DNA of 64,000 nucleotides from Mobula hypostoma (taxonomy: Eukaryota), in NCBI RefSeq assembly GCF_963921235.1, contig NC_086097.1, positions 228,534,001 to 228,598,000 on the forward strand, read 5' to 3'. The notes under the pieces are model-generated. The model did no database searches. It saw only the letters and a list, made by a program, of their open reading frames with translations, and was not told where the DNA came from. Below, one piece after another: positions 12,380 to 27,027 of this stretch. Within the stretch, counting starts at the first letter, position 1. Every line of letters starts with the position of its first letter. A program made the translations under genes and the position numbers.

Positions 12380-12476
12380 AGCAATATGCACAAAATGCTG
12401 GAGCTCGGCAAGTCAGGCAGAACCGATGGAGGGGAGTTGGAGTCAACATGCTGGGCCGAAACCCTTCATGAGAACT
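12380..12476 (-). mobile_element. Penelope-like terminal fragment with a degenerate hammerhead
   Basis: Minus strand agttctcatgaagggtttcggcccagcatgttgact; shares the aaatgctggag motif with other copies. Confidence 0.6.
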
Positions 12477-15254
12477 TTACCCATTCACTTTACCACCTCT
12501 CTATTCGGCACCGAGCCCCAGTCTGCATACTTAAGCAACATAACATTTATTTCAGCTGGTTTCCTAGAGTGGATATGTGAGCTCTTGTCACTCAATTCTC
12601 TAAGTAAACCTCGAACTGTAAGGTCTAACCGCACTGACATAGAATATGTTAATAACAGCACAGAGGTGTAGAGTTTGCATTGGTGATGCTGTATTGGCCA
12701 AGGCTTTATAAGTGCAGTAGTGCTGGCCATTAGAACTAGCAGACTATCTATCTCTGTCATCCAATCTCTGAATGGCCATTGAGCCAATGAACACTACCTC
12801 ATATATTTCATTTTTGCACTACTTACTTAATTTAACTATTTTTTATATATATATATATATATATAAGTTTATTGCAATTCAGTTATTTTTCCCAAAAATA
12901 ACAAATTTCACGAGATATGCTGATGATATTAAACCTGACTCTGATTCTAATAGGTTCTAATTGGTGGGTACATGAAATAAACCTGTTGCCTGGCAACAGT
13001 GTATTTGATGTGTTTAGAAGAGTATATCACTGCTGCATTGCAGGATGAACATGGACACCAAGGATTTGGAGTGTCTGGGGAATGGTGTAAGTCCACAAGG
13101 AACTTTGGCAGAGGAATACAGAGGTTTCTCCTACTGTCCGTTGTGGACTACAATCCTGACTTAACATATTTGGAATGACTGATGAATTAGAGGAGAGGTC
13201 CTGGACTGTGTTGTCAGCTGGAGCCGCAGCATCTGAGAGTACAGCTCACATGATGGAGCACAGAAATCCCACTAAGCACCCTGGAAAGCTACAGGCAAAA
13301 CTGCAGAAGCTGTAAGTCTAAAGGGTGCAAGATAAAACCCTGGAGAAGCTCACTGAGTCAGACAGCATCTGCGAAGAGAATAATAGAGTCCGGTTGACAA
13401 CCTTCCGTCAGTGTGAGAATATTGGGAAAGTGGGTGTGTCTTACAAGGTAGTGAAGGGGGCAGAACTGGAAAACAAAGGGAATGTCCGTGATACAGCACA
13501 GACCAAGAGAATCCAAAGTTCAAAAGTTCAAAGTATATATGTCACCTGAGATTCATCTAATGGGCATACTCAGCAAAACCATAATAGAATACACTTAATA
13601 ATAATTATCGAATCAATGAAAGACTGCAGTGATTTTGGCTCAGGTTAGCACAGCTCCAAACACGTATCCCTGACCTTGAATACAGAGCTTCAAGCTGGGA
13701 GGACTGAAGAACAAGGTGCCACAAAGCAAAACACCTTGGAGGTAGCTGGAAGAGTGTATCAAAAGGACAAAAATGTCAAAAGCCTGATGTGATTGTGGGC
13801 TGCCCGTAGCGCATTCCGAAGTGTGTTGGTTGTTAATGCAAACAATGCATCTTACTGTAAGTTTCACGTGTACTGTACACGTGATAAATAAATGTGAGTC
13901 TGACTCTGAAAGTGTGATGCAAATAGATTGATAGTCAGCATGGACGAGTGGGGCCAAAGGGCCTTTTTTCACATGTTAGAATTGTATGACTCTATGATTG
14001 CATGATTGGGTCACACACATTGGCTGAGTGTACAGTTTCTATGATTCATTGGCCATTAGAGATCAATATTGGAATGGAAACATTTGATACATCAGTCTTT
14101 TAAAACATTTTATACATCATCCAATTTAGCAATGAAGCTAGGTGCTTGCTATTCATCTCAAAAGCACATCAGTAGGTTCTTTGATGCAAACCTCCACTTC
14201 CTGAGGCCTGTCTGACTTGCTGCTCTTTGAAGATCTATGAAGCCTGTGAACATTGCAAGCAGGGAGAATGATCAGAATGAAAAATTCTCACAGGCAACAA
14301 AGCAGAAAACAAACAACAAGAGGCATAAATTGAATTTAAATTACACTTCAGAACACCAAAAGGAGATTAATTATACACATTGCTTTAAAGGGTAATCATA
14401 TGTGATAAAATACAGAGTTTAAATTGAATGTATACTTTCTGAAAAAAAATGGAGCATTTAAATCTTGTGTAATGGAAAGGAATGCACATTTCTAAGATTA
14501 TTTTTTTCAGATCTGGAGAGCTCATTCAGCAGTAATTATAAATTGGTGTGTGTTCTGTTGCCAGATTCAACACAGCTCAAGTTTTCTATTGGTCTTCACA
14601 TTGAGAATCACAATTAGTTTAACACTAATTAGTTGATATTGAGTTGATTATTTTACTGAAGACCGCAACCTTGTGAAGATATAGAGTATCACTGTCAGAA
14701 ACCTGTTCTCTGTATTTCACTGTGCATAATCAGAATCACTGTGGTCTTTAAATTTAGTCTTTGAAAGCACCAAAGGAAATTATGGCAACAATATCTTGGC
14801 ATAACTTCTGAACTTTCGATGGATGAAAATGTTAAATATCCACAAGAAATCTAGACCAAAAGGAATTAAATGCAACATGAGACAACCAACCTGTCAAATG
14901 TTCTGCATCATTTTGTGTCTGTTGCTGATCAGAAGATATTCCCTTGTCCATTCTTGAAGGTCATTAATGTGTTTCCCTGTTGCTTAAACACAAGAAAATC
15001 CTGGGATATGTTGTTGTTCAGACAATAGAATTCACAAACACTTGGTAGACAGGATATACCTGTATTTATTGATTTTAGGAAAAATTAATTGCTTCTAGAT
15101 TTAAAATAAACCAGCTTGTGACATGGGCAAATTTATTACTGAGATTCTATTTTTCTAGATTCAGAAGGAAAACTCCCACAAAAAGATGACCTCACTTCAG
15201 ATCTACAATGTGTAACTTCTGCAAGAAATAACATTCCTTTTTAATGGCAGCATG

Positions 15255-16627
15255 GCTTTCAAAGTATTCTAACTGGCTGCATCACCATCTACAATGGGGA
15301 GGGGGCTACTGCACAGGATCAAGTAAGCTGCAGAGAGTTGTAAAATTAGTCAGCTGCATCACGCGCACTAGCTGGTCAGGATTGCACCAGCAAACAGCAA
15401 TTCCTCGGGCAACATCTTCCAGATAGCCGGTCTTTTAAATAATTTCACTTTTTCTATGCCTTCTGCTTGTTCTTTTTGTTTTGTTTGTCTTACGGAAACT
15501 GTTGGAGGGTGTGACGTACAGTTTGGAGCTCAGTCGAATTTACCTAGCACTCTGCTGTGTCTGCAGAGCTGCCTCATGGAGATCAGAGACAGGGACCAGA
15601 AAAGGACTGAGAACACAAGCTGACTCGTGGAAAAGACCGGAGACTAAGTGTGGAGTCGTGAACAACGCCATCTTGAAGAGGCAAGGAAGATTGAAGCATC
15701 AAGGTGAATGCGGAGGGGATCGGCGATCATTCCCAATGGAGGCCAAACAGTCAGCGTTTGCTCACAAGGGAGGCCACTGTTCAGAACAGGCGTGAGTTCT
15801 GAGTCACGGAAGGGATGCTCAATGATCTGAGATTTACGTGATTGGACTGTACTTTATATTGGTCTCCTTCAGCTTTATTACATTTCCTTTCTTGTGGCTC
15901 ATTGGTGGGTGGGTAATCTGTTAGTTCTTTGTGTATGAGTGGGGAGGTAGGGGATTTTTGATGCTATTGTCGCTGTTCTTCTTGACGAGTGAGGGGGTTG
16001 GGGATTGTATTGTCGCAGCATTTTTCTGCAGGTGAAGGGGTCAGGGATTGTTATAGTGAATGTTTTTTTCTGCAGGGAGGGGGGTGGGGAATTCTGGGGT
16101 CTGTGAGTTTTGTTTCTTTTTCTTTTTCGTGTGTATTTCATGGCTATCTGGAGAAGACAAATATCAGAGTTGTATTGTACGTGCATACTTTGACATTTGA
16201 ACCTTTAAACCTTTTAGTCTCAGTGGTATCCAAGACATTTTCAAGAAGCAGTGCCTTAAAAAGGTGGTGGTCTATCATTAAAGACCCCCACCACCCAGGA
16301 CATACCCTCTTAGTGTTACCATTAGGAAGGAGGTACATGCCTGAAGGCATGTACTTAATGATTCACGAACAGCTTCTTCCCTCTGCTGGATTTCTGAATG
16401 GACATTGAACCCTTGAACACTTCCTCTCTATTTTTTTATTTCTATTTTTGCACTACTTATTAAATTTAACTATTTATATTCAGTCTACATAATTACACTG
16501 TGAATTACAACACATATATTATAATTCACAGGCTTTTTTCTATATTATCACATATTGCATTTTATTGCCGCCAAAAAGTTAACAAATCTCACAACATATG
16601 CCAGTGATATTAAATCTGATTCTGATT
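15255..16627 (+). mobile_element. Rex1-like 3' fragment split by an unclassified ~840-bp repeat (15372-16214)
   Basis: SKLQRVVKLVSCIT before and SIIKDPHHPGH after the insert; (attctg)n tail; the insert ends in an (aacctt)-type tail. Confidence 0.65.
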
Positions 16628-17959
16628 CTAATTCAGAAATAGCGCTGGTAGTCTCATCAAACAGGATGTTATGACTAAGGAATTCAGCATTAATCTTATT
16701 TCCCTCCACTGGTTTTTGTGCTCCTTCAGGTTATGTGAAGTATCAACAAGGATTGAAATAAAAACAGATGAAAGCCAATGAGGCTGAGCAATTTTCTTCA
16801 AACTATTGACGATCAAGGCTATAGATTGATTGGTACCCTTTTGATAAATTATCTTCAGCACATCAAGTTACAGAGTGCTTATTCTCTTTATTCCTATTTC
16901 AGGATTCCTGTTTCTAATGAGCTTTCTATTTTGTTAAAGAACGTTAAATTATAAATTGGTTACTTCTGAGTCATTGGTTAGGATATTTCCATAGAGTCTG
17001 CTCCTTTATTGAACACTACAGGCTACTGATAAAAAGAAGAGCAAATTAAATTCACCAATACCCACTTTTCACAAGAGAGAATTGATCTATTGATTTCAGA
17101 AGAAACATGGAACTAAATTTTATTGTAAATTCGCAAATAGATCAATTTTCATTGAGGCTCTTTACAGTGAATGAAATCCAGAGAATGTGATATTGACAAT
17201 GGCCAACAATGCAGTTTAGCTCATAGGACTAAAAACTTGTATTCATTTATGTACCAGTGAAGGTAACACACTTAAAATGTTTTTGGACGGCTAGCTTCCA
17301 AAAAATATATGCTAAAAAAGAATCTTATTTAACAAAGCTTGCTTAATGATTGGATGAAATAATTCAGCCTCAGGTTAGAACTTCTTAAGGGCTCCCAGAC
17401 CTCCAACTGTGAAATGGAAAATTTGTATTGATTCCTGACCTAAGGACATCTAAACATATTTTGTGAAATACATCTGACAACAGAGCAGGGCAGGTGATCT
17501 GCACATGGCTATCTCCCAAACAGCATGTGACTGATGACTCAATCATAATTTCAGTGCTATTGTTTGAGAGACATACTGTAAGTTGGGCAGAATATCAAGA
17601 AAATTTCTCTACTATCCTTTAGTTTACTCTATTTTTCTAGAAGTATCTGCATTTTAAGTTTCAAAGGACCACTGGACATTTGTCTACAGCTAATGCTAAC
17701 ACCAAATCAGGTTCCCCTCAAAAAAGTCATGGGTTTGGTCTAAAATCAGTTTGAAGCAGCAATAAGTTGTTTTGCACCCATAATGAAGTGCTAATATTAA
17801 ACCTGTATGATTACTCAATCAATTTTGCACACCTCTTGACACTTTGCTGCATAGTAACCTCAGCAGGGCAGGCGTTGTCTGTTAAGTTCATATAGCACTC
17901 GCAGCACATAACTCAGCTGCCAGGGAGGAGGCTGAGGGTGCAGTGGAGTATGGGCTTCC

Positions 17960-18622
17960 ACAGACACTTAATTCATTGAAAGTGGCGTTACAGGTAGATA
18001 GGGTCTTAAAGAAAGCTTTTGGCACACTGGGTCTCATAGGTCACAATATTGAATACAGGGGATGGGTTGTTATATTGAAGTTGTATAAGACTTTGGTAAG
18101 GCCTAATTTGGAGTACTGTTTGTAGTTTTGGTCACCTACCTACAGGAAAGATGTAAGGAAGGATGAAAGAATGCAGAGAAAATTTACAGGGATGTTGCAA
18201 GGACTGGAGGACCTGAGTTTTAATGGAAGACCGAATAAATTAGGAATTTAGTCTTTGGGATATAGAAGCTTGAGGGGAGATTTGATAGAGGTATACAAAA
18301 TTATGAGGGGTACAGATCGGGTAAGTGCAAGCAGGCATTTTCCACTGAGGATAGGTGGGAGTACAACTAGAGGTCATGGGTTAAGGGTGAAAGGTGAAAA
18401 GTTTAAGGGGAACATGAGGGGAAATTTTTTTACTCAGAGGGTCATGAGAGCATGGAACGAGCTTGATTTCAAAGTTTAAGGTAAGTTTGGATAGATGCGT
18501 GGATGGTAGGCATATGGAAGGCTATGGTCCTGGTGCAGGACGATGGGAGTAGGCAGTTTAAATGGACTAGATGGGCTGAAGGGCCTGTTTCTGTGCCATT
18601 CTTCTATATCTCTATGACTCTA
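17960..18622 (+). mobile_element. CR1 3' fragment (ctatgact tail subfamily)
   Basis: ORFs 17943-18125 and 18255-18479 carry LYKTLVRPNLEYC and RGDLIEVYKIM. Confidence 0.9.
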
Positions 18623-19014
18623 CAATACATTCAGGATGACATGCAATGTGCTGCATCCCAGAAGGGTGGTTCTGTGCACTCTGGTGGGTATTCACTGTCC
18701 AGGGCCCAGGTATCTTTTTGCCAAGCACACTTTTCTAACATAGCAGCTGACTCTTGTAGAGATCAAAGTGTTGTTTTTAAAGTTCCAGCCAATATTCTTT
18801 GTTCAGTTTCTTGTCAGAAACAGGAGCCGGTCTTCAGTTAAAATGTAAATAGCAAGCCATGATCGAATTGAAGTTAAAAGGACAGTTTTGCAAACAAATA
18901 GCACAAACAAACAGTCCATAGAGTACAAGATGCAGGGCCACAGCATAGTTGCAGTGGTTGTAGAGTAAAACAATGGGGTTATATTAAATGGACTAGTATC
19001 AAACCAGACAACAA

Positions 19015-20700
19015 AAGACCATAAAACATAGGAGCAAATATTTTTGGCCCATCAAGTCTAGTCAGCCATTCCATCATGGCTGATTTATAATCCCTCTCAA
19101 TCTCATTCCCCTGCCTTCTCCCTGTAACCTTTAATGCCCTACCAAATTTCTTCTTAATTATACCCATTGACTTGGCCTGTACTATCAACTGTGGCAATGA
19201 ATTCCAAAGATTCACAACCCTCTGGCTAAAGAAATTTTTCCCCATCTCTTTTCAAGATGGATGTCCCTCTATCCTGAGGACCAGTCTCTGGTCCTAGACT
19301 CGCCCACTAAAGGAAACATCCTCTCCAAATCCACTTTATCTAGGGCTTTTAATGTTCAATGAGATCCTCCCATATTCTTCTACACTCCAGAGAGTACAGG
19401 CCCACAGCCATCGAATGCTCCTCATATGTTAACTCATTCATTCCTGGGATCATTCTTATGAACTTCCTTTGGACTTTTTCCAATGCTAGCATCTATTTTG
19501 CATCTTCAAAATTGCTCCCAGAAATTCCAATCATTGCTGTACTGCCATCATTCCTGATAGTGACCCCTTCCAATTAACTTCAGGCATCTCCTTTCTCATG
19601 TCTCTGTAATTCCCTTTGCTCCAATAGACAATAGGTGCAGGAGTAGGCCATTCGGCCCTTCAAGCCAGCACCACCATTCACTGTGATCATGGCTGATCAT
19701 CCACTATTAGTATCTAGTTCCTGCCTTATCCCCATAACCTTTGATTCCACTATCTTTAAGAGCTCTATCCATCTCTTTTTTGAAAGCATCCAGAGACTTG
19801 GCCTCCACAGCCTTCTGGGCAGAGCATTCCATATGTCCACCACTCTCCACGATAATACCTGACTTCATCTTCTCCCTCTCAAACTGTAGGGTGAATTCTA
19901 TCATATTATCACTGTCTCCTAATGATTCCTTTATCTTAAGCTTCCTAATCAAATCTGGTTCATAACACAACACCCAATCTGGAATTATCTTTGCCTTCGT
20001 GGGCTTCACTACAAGCTGCTCTAAAAAGTCATTGCGGAAATATTCTATAAATTCCTTCTCTTGGGAGCCAGCACCAGCTTGATTTTCCCAATCCACCTGC
20101 ATATTGAAATCCCCCCTTCATTACATGCCTTTTCGATCTCTCGTTGTAACTTATATCCCACATCCTGGCTACTGTTCAGAGACCTGCAAGCAATCCCATC
20201 AGGCTTTTTTAAGCCTTGCAGTTTCTTAACTCTACCCATAAGGATACTACCTCTTCCAATTCCTTGTCACATCTTAGTAAGGATTTGATTTCATTTCTTT
20301 TTACCAACAGAGCCACCACATGCCCTCTACTTACTTGCCTGTCCTTTCGTTACATTGTGTACCCTTGGATGTTAAGCTCCCAAGTATGAAACTCTTTCAG
20401 TGTTGCCACAGCATCATACCTACTAATCTCTAACTGCACTATAAGATCATCTAGGTTATTCAGTATACTGTGTGCATTCAAATATAACATTTCCAGTCCT
20501 GTATTCATCACCCTTTTTAATTTTGCCCCTATATTACACTTCAACCCATTCCACTGACTGCAACGTTGCCCTATCATTTGCCTGTCCTTCCTAACAGTGT
20601 CAATACACAATGCATCGACTTGTTTACTAACTGCCCTATCCTCAGCCGTGTCACTCCTGTTCCCATCCCCCATCAAATTGGTTTAAACCCTCCCCAACAG
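19015..20700 (-). mobile_element. Internally deleted CR1 (APE region plus 3' end) with a nested CR1 3' end at ~19622-19846
   Basis: LYLNAHSILNNLDDL and FLEQLVVKPT; the nested piece has a (ctattgt)n tail and ctcca on both sides. Confidence 0.85.
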
Positions 20701-21693
20701 CTTTATGACAATAACAATGTCATTGAATATATGTGTGACAGGAAAGAAATAAAAGAAATAGAAATGATGTAAGATTTCAGAATCAGGCTTATTGTCACTG
20801 ATATATGCCATGAAATCTGTTGTCTTGTGCCAGCAGTACAGTGTAAGACATGCAAATTACTATAAGTTGCAATAAATCAATAATCTCACCCTTCCCTCCA
20901 CAAAGTCAATTAGAGATGGGTACATTCTAGAAATGAGAAAATCAGACGGTGACAATGGTCTTAATATATCCTTCATTTAAAAATAAAGCTGTTGCTTACT
21001 ATTCTTTTAAAACAATAATCGTCTTATAAAGATTCCAATCACGACTGTTTGGCAATTAATGCCGTACATATCTCAATTTTTCACATTAATACACCAGTGT
21101 ATTCAGTCACAGTGTGCTGTTGTTTGACTGACTGAATACCTTTCAGCAAAAACAAATGAATTCTCCTCACTTTGGCTGAGAATTTGGAAATTAACAAGGA
21201 TAGAGGTAGTAATGGAGCAAGAAATAAGTTCATTAGTAAATTGGACTGGTATTGGTTATACATTCCCCTCTGCTTGAAGGATAAACCTTTCTAGGATTGC
21301 AGAGTATCCCTCTGTCAAATAAAACATAGTTTGACAGATGGTGTAGAAAACATAGCTAGCATTGTTTGTTCTCTTCTATTATCTTTTCACAGATATAGCT
21401 GTTTTAATTTGGCCTTTTTTCCTCTTCTGTATCTAACTGCGGTTTTTTAATGGTTACTTTGACAAATTTCATCTGCACCCTATCATAGACTCTCCCTCTG
21501 TTTTCTACACCTTCCCTGTCCCTACAGTTTAAAACATGCTTGCCATCTCCTTTTTCCAGTTCTGGTGAAGTGTACCTGCATTAAGATATTAATTCTGTTT
21601 CTCTTCCCACAACTGCTTCCCATCGTACTGAGTGTTTCCAATATTCTCTGATTTTCTTCCAGATGTCCAGCATCTTCTGGAATAAATCTTCTT

Positions 21694-21772
21694 GGGCGGC
21701 AGGGCAGTATAGTGCTTAACATAATGCTTTACAATGCCAGCGACCTGGATTCGATTCCCGCTGCTGTCTGTA
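21694..21772 (+). mobile_element. tRNA-derived SINE head
   Basis: B-box-like ggattcgattccc; similar to the minus-strand SINE heads at 34.6 and 58.2 kb. Confidence 0.6.
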
Positions 21773-23106
21773 AATAATTAATAGTTTAATTTGTTATGTG
21801 TGTAATTGGGCTGCACAAGATTGCTGGGCCTCTAAGGCCTGTTACCGTGGTATATCTCTGACTGCAGTTTTAGAAGATTCAGCATGACTTTCTTGTATTC
21901 CATGCCTCTATTTAAAAAGTTCAGAATCCTTCATGTATTTAACTCTCAACATGCCACATTATCTTCAACAAACTGTTGAGAAGTACCCACTGATCCCTTT
22001 GTTCTTGTACCTTTCAGGAGTAAGCCTTCAAGTATACTTTGCCTCTTCTCATTTTTTCTACCAAAATGTAACACTTACACTTCTCAGCATGGACCCATCC
22101 TCTCAGGTGCTCCATTACCAATTTCCCTTTAATCCAAAAAGCAATCTGTCACTTGGCCAAATTTCTATCCATACTGTCATATTGCTTTCAATTCCATAAC
22201 ACCCATCTTGATGACGTGCACATTGTTAAGATATCTTTTGTCAGTCCATATATGCCATATCAGCCATGCTTCCCCCAACGTTACTTCATCAAAAAATTTG
22301 TCAAATTAGTTAATCATAATCTGACTTTATCAAATCTGTAGTGGCTTTCTCTAATCAACTTATTTCTAGCCCTAACTATTTTTTCTAGGACTTTCCTACT
22401 ACTAATTTTAAGCTGGTCTGTTGCCATATACACTCAGTGGCTATTTTATTAGGTACCTTCTGTATCTGTCTGTGGTCTTCTGCTGCTGTCACCCATCCAC
22501 CTCAAGGTTTGACATGTTGTGCATACAAAGATGCACTTGTACACAACACTGTTGTAACATGGTTTATTTGAGTTACTGTCACCTTCCTATCAGCTTGAAC
22601 CAGTATGGCATTCTCTGTAAACTTTAGAGACTGTTGTTCATGAAAATCCCAGGAGATTTCTGACTTCTGATTTCTTTTGGATCGGGACCACAGAGTGGCG
22701 TGGGAGCTGAATTCTGAAGGAAGGCAGTTCTTTTAAAAACTTCTTCGAGTGCAAGAAGGACCAGACTGCGCAGGCGTGTGACGTAACAGGACAGCGCGGA
22801 GAGTTTAAAAAGGAGACCACCCTATACAGCGGGCAGCTGTCGGAGTGGGCAGCGGAGTGAGTGGTAGCAGAGTGTAGGGCTTTGGCTTCAACGGGCTTCA
22901 GCGGTAAATGGGAAGAGGCGACAGCGAGGCACCAACTCTGTTTTTACCTCCCCTCCCGCCTTCACAAATCGGCCCAGACAGACAGGAACAGCAGGGCTCT
23001 CACAGCTAATGGTACGAGCTAACGGTTTAAAAAGCTCGTCTGTTTGGCGAGGTAAGTGGGTGAGTAGACTTATTTTTCCTGTTTCATTACTGTAGAATTA
23101 AGTAGC

Positions 23107-24042
23107 ATGCCTGCAGGGTTAGTGCTTTGTTCAGGGTGTCAGATGTGGGAATCCTGGGAGACCTCCAGCCTCCCTGATGGCCACATCTGCACCAGGTGCA
23201 CCGAGATGCAGCACCTGAGAGACTGTGTTAGGGATCTGCAGCTGCAGCTTGATGACCTACTGCTTATCAGGGAAAGTGAAGAGGTGATAGACAGGAGCTA
23301 CAGGGAGGTAGTCATCCCTAGGCCACAAGGGTCAGAAAACTGGGTCACTGTCAAGAGAGGGAAGGGAAATGCCCGGATAGTGGAGAGCACACCTGTGGCT
23401 GTCCCCCTCAGCAACCAATATCTTGTTCTGGGTGCTGTTGAGGGACATGACCTGACAGGGGATGCCCACGGTGACCGGGTCTCTGGCACTGAGCCTGGAG
23501 CTGTTGTGCAGGAAAGAAGGAGGGAGAAGAGGAATGCGGTAGTCATAGGGGATTCCATAGTCAGGGGAACAGACAGGAGATTCTGTGAGCCTGATAGAGA
23601 TACCCGCATGGTGTGTTGCCTCCCAGGTGCCAGGGTACGGGATGTCTTGGATCGGGTCTAGAATATTCTGAAGGGGGAGGGTGAGCAGACAGTTGTCTTG
23701 GTACACGTTGGTACCAATGACATAGATAGGACAAAGGAGGAGGTCCTGAAGAGAGATTTCTGGGAATTAGGAAGGAAGCTGAGAAGCAGGACCTCCAGGG
23801 TAGTAATCTCGGGATTGCTACCTGTGCCACGTGCTAGCGAGGGCAAAAATAGTAGGATCAGGTAGATGAATGCCTGGCTGAGAGACCGGTGTAGGGGGCA
23901 GGGCTTCAGATTCTTGGATAATTGGGATCTCTTCTGGGGGAAGTATAACCTATTCAAAATGGACAGGTTACACCTGAACCCGAAGGGAACCAATATCCTG
24001 GCGGGAAAGTTTAATGGAGCTGTTAAGGAGGGTTTAAACTAA
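23107..24042 (+). pseudogene. CR1 ORF1p (zinc finger/coiled coil plus SGNH esterase-like domain), two in-frame TAG stops
   Basis: CxxC..CxxC, heptad leucines, VVIGDSIVRG, VHVGTND, DRLHLN; stops at 23659 and 23863. Confidence 0.9.
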
Positions 24043-27027
24043 TTTGGCAGGGGGATGGGAACCGGAATGACAGAGCGGAGGAAGGGGCAAACAGAAATAA
24101 ATCTAAGATAGTGAGCAGTAAAGATGTCAGGAAAGACAGGCATGTGATGGGTCAAATTTGTAGCCATTGGGATGAGTTGCAGTGCAATAAAGTTGCAGTG
24201 AAATCAAAGTGAAAAGTACCAAATACTGGTCTTAAAGTGTTATTCTTAAATGCACGCAGCATAAGGAATAAGGTGGATGATCTTGTCGTACAGCTACAGA
24301 TTGGCAGGTATGATATTGTGGCCATCACTGAGACCTGGCCAAAGGATGCATGTCTCTGGGAGCTGAACGTCTAAGGACACACAGTGTAACGGAAGGATAG
24401 GAAGGTAGGCAGAGGGGGAGGCATGGCTTTATTGGTAAGAAATGATATTAAATCATTAGAAAGAGGTGATATAGGATCGGAAGGTGCAGAATCTTTATGG
24501 GTTGAGCAAAGAAATCGCAGGGGTAAAAGGACCCTGATGGCAGTTATTTATAGGCCTCCAAACAGCTGCAGGGATGTGGACTACAAATTACAACAAGAAA
24601 TAGAAAAGGTTTGTCAGAAGAGCAGTGTTATGATAATTGTGGGGGATTTTAACGTGTGAGTGGATTGGGAAAATCAGGTCGGCAGTGGATCTCAAGAGAG
24701 AGAATTTGTAGAATGTCTTCGAGATGGCTTTTTAGAACAGCTTGTTGTTGAGCCCACTAGGGGATCGGCTGTACTGGATTGGGTATTGTGTAATGAACCG
24801 GAGGTGATTAGAGAGATTGACGTGAAGGAACCCTTAGGAGGCAGTGATCATTACATGATTGAGTTCACTGTGAAATTTGAAAAAGAGAAGCCAAAATCTG
24901 ATGTGTCGGTATTCAGTGGAGTAAAGGAAATTATCGTGGCATGAGAGAGGAACTGGCCAAAGTTGACTGGAAAGGGACACTGGTGGGAAAGACAGCAGAG
25001 CAGCAGTGGCTGGAGTTCATGCGAGAAATGAGGAAGGTGCAAGACAGGTATATTCCAAAAAAGAAGAAATTTTCAAATGGAAAAAGGATGCAACTGTGGT
25101 TGACAAGAGAAGTCAAAGCCAAAGTTAAAGCTAAGGAGAGGGCATACAAGGAAGCAAAAATTAGTGGGAAGACAGAGGATTGGGAAGTTTTTAAAAGCTT
25201 ACAAAAGGAAACTAAGAAGGTCATTAAGAGGGAAAAGCTTAACTATGAAAGGAAGCTAGCAAATAATATCAAAGAGGATACTAAAAGCTTTATCAAGTAT
25301 ATAAAAAGTAAAAGACATGTGAGAGTAGATATAGGACCGATAGAAAATGATGCTGGAGAAATTGTAATGGGAGATAAGGAGATGGCGGAGGAACTGAATG
25401 AGTATTTTGCATCAGTCTTCACTGAGTAAGACATCAGCAGTATACCGGACACTCAAGGGTGGCAGGGAAGAGAAGTGTGCGCGGTCACAATTACGACAGA
25501 GAAAGTACTCCGGAAGCTGAATAGTCTAAAGATAGTTAAATCTCCCGGACCAGACGGAATGCACCCTCGTGTTCTGAAGGAAGTAGCTGTGGAGATTGTG
25601 GAGGCATTAGCGACAATCTTTCAAAAGTCGATAGATTCTGGCATGGTTCCGGAGGACTGGAAGATTGCAAATGTCACTCCGCTATTTAAGAAGGGGGCAA
25701 GGAAGCAAAAAGGAAATTATAGACCTGTTAGCGTGACATCGGTGGTTGGGAAGTTGTTGGAGTCGATTGTCAAGGACGAGGTTACAGAGTACCTGGAGGC
25801 ATATGAGAAGATAGGCAGAACTCAGCATGGATTCCTTAAAGGAAAATCCTGCCTGACAAACCTATTACAATTTTTTGAGGAAATTACAAGTAGGCTAGAC
25901 AAGGGAGATGTAGTGGATGTTGTATATTTGGATTTTCAGAAGGCCTTTGACAAGGTGCCACACATGAGGCTACTTAGCAAGATAAGAGCCCATGGAATTA
26001 CGGGAAAGTTACATACCTGGATAAAGCGTTGGCTGATTGGCGGGAAACAGAGAGTGGGAATAAAGGCATCCTATTCTGGTTGGCTGCCAGTTACCAGTGG
26101 TGTTCCACAGGGGTCCATGTTGGGGCCGCTTCTTTTTACATTGTACATCAACGATTTGGATTATGGAATAGATGGCTTTGTGGCTAAATTTGCTGACAAT
26201 ACAAAGATAGGTGGAGGGGCTGGTAGTGCAGAGGAAACGGAGAGTCTGCAGAGAGACTTGGATAGATTGGAAGAATGGGCAAAGAAGTGGCAAATGAAAT
26301 ACAGTGTTGGAAAGTGTATGGTTATGCACTTTGGCAGAAGAAATAAATGGGCAGACTATTATTTAAATGGGGAAAGAATTCAAAGTTCTGAGATGCAACG
26401 GGACTCGGGAGTCTTCATACAGGATACCCTTAAGGTTAACCTCCAGGTTTAGTCGGTGGTGAAGAAGGCGAATGCAATGTTGGCATTCATTTCTAGGGGA
26501 ATAGAGTATAGGAGCAGAGATGTGATGTTGAGGCTCTATAAGGTGCTGGTGAGACTTCACTTGGAGAACTGTGGCAGTTTTGGTCTCCTTGTTTAAGAAA
26601 GGATGTGTTGACATTGGAGAGGGTACAGAGAAGATTCATTGGAATGATTCCGGGAATGAGAGGGTTAACATATGAGGAATGTTTGTCTGCTCTTGGACTG
26701 TATTCCTTGGAGTTTAAAAGAATGAGGGGAGACCTCATAGAAACATTTTGATGTTGAAAGGCATGGACAGACTGGATGTGGCAAAGTTGTTTCCCATGAT
26801 GGGGGAGTCTAGTACGAGAGGGCATGACTTAAGGATTGAAGGGTTCCCATTCAGAACAGAAATGCGAAGAAAGTTTTTTTAGTCAGAGGGTGGTGAATCT
26901 ATGGAATTTGTTGCCATGGGCAGCAGGGGAGGCCAAGTCATTGGGTGTATTTAAGGCAGAGATTGATAGGTATCTGAGTAGCCAGGGCATCAAAGGTTAT
27001 GGTGAGAAGGCAGGGCAGTGGGACTAA
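24043..27027 (+). pseudogene. CR1 ORF2p (APE endonuclease plus reverse transcriptase), disrupted
   Basis: LNARSIRNK, YRPPN, GDFN, SDH, KSPGPDG, LDFQKAFDKVPH, GVPQGS, FADNTK; frameshifts and stops. Confidence 0.95.

Noticed and set aside
13043..13091. Possible 43-nt exon (ttgcag...gtaagt)
   Set aside because: Weak pyrimidine tract, no recognisable peptide, no partner exons
23050..23098. GT-AG micro-intron in the CR1 5' UTR
   Set aside because: About 45 nt is too short for a typical vertebrate intron; no other evidence
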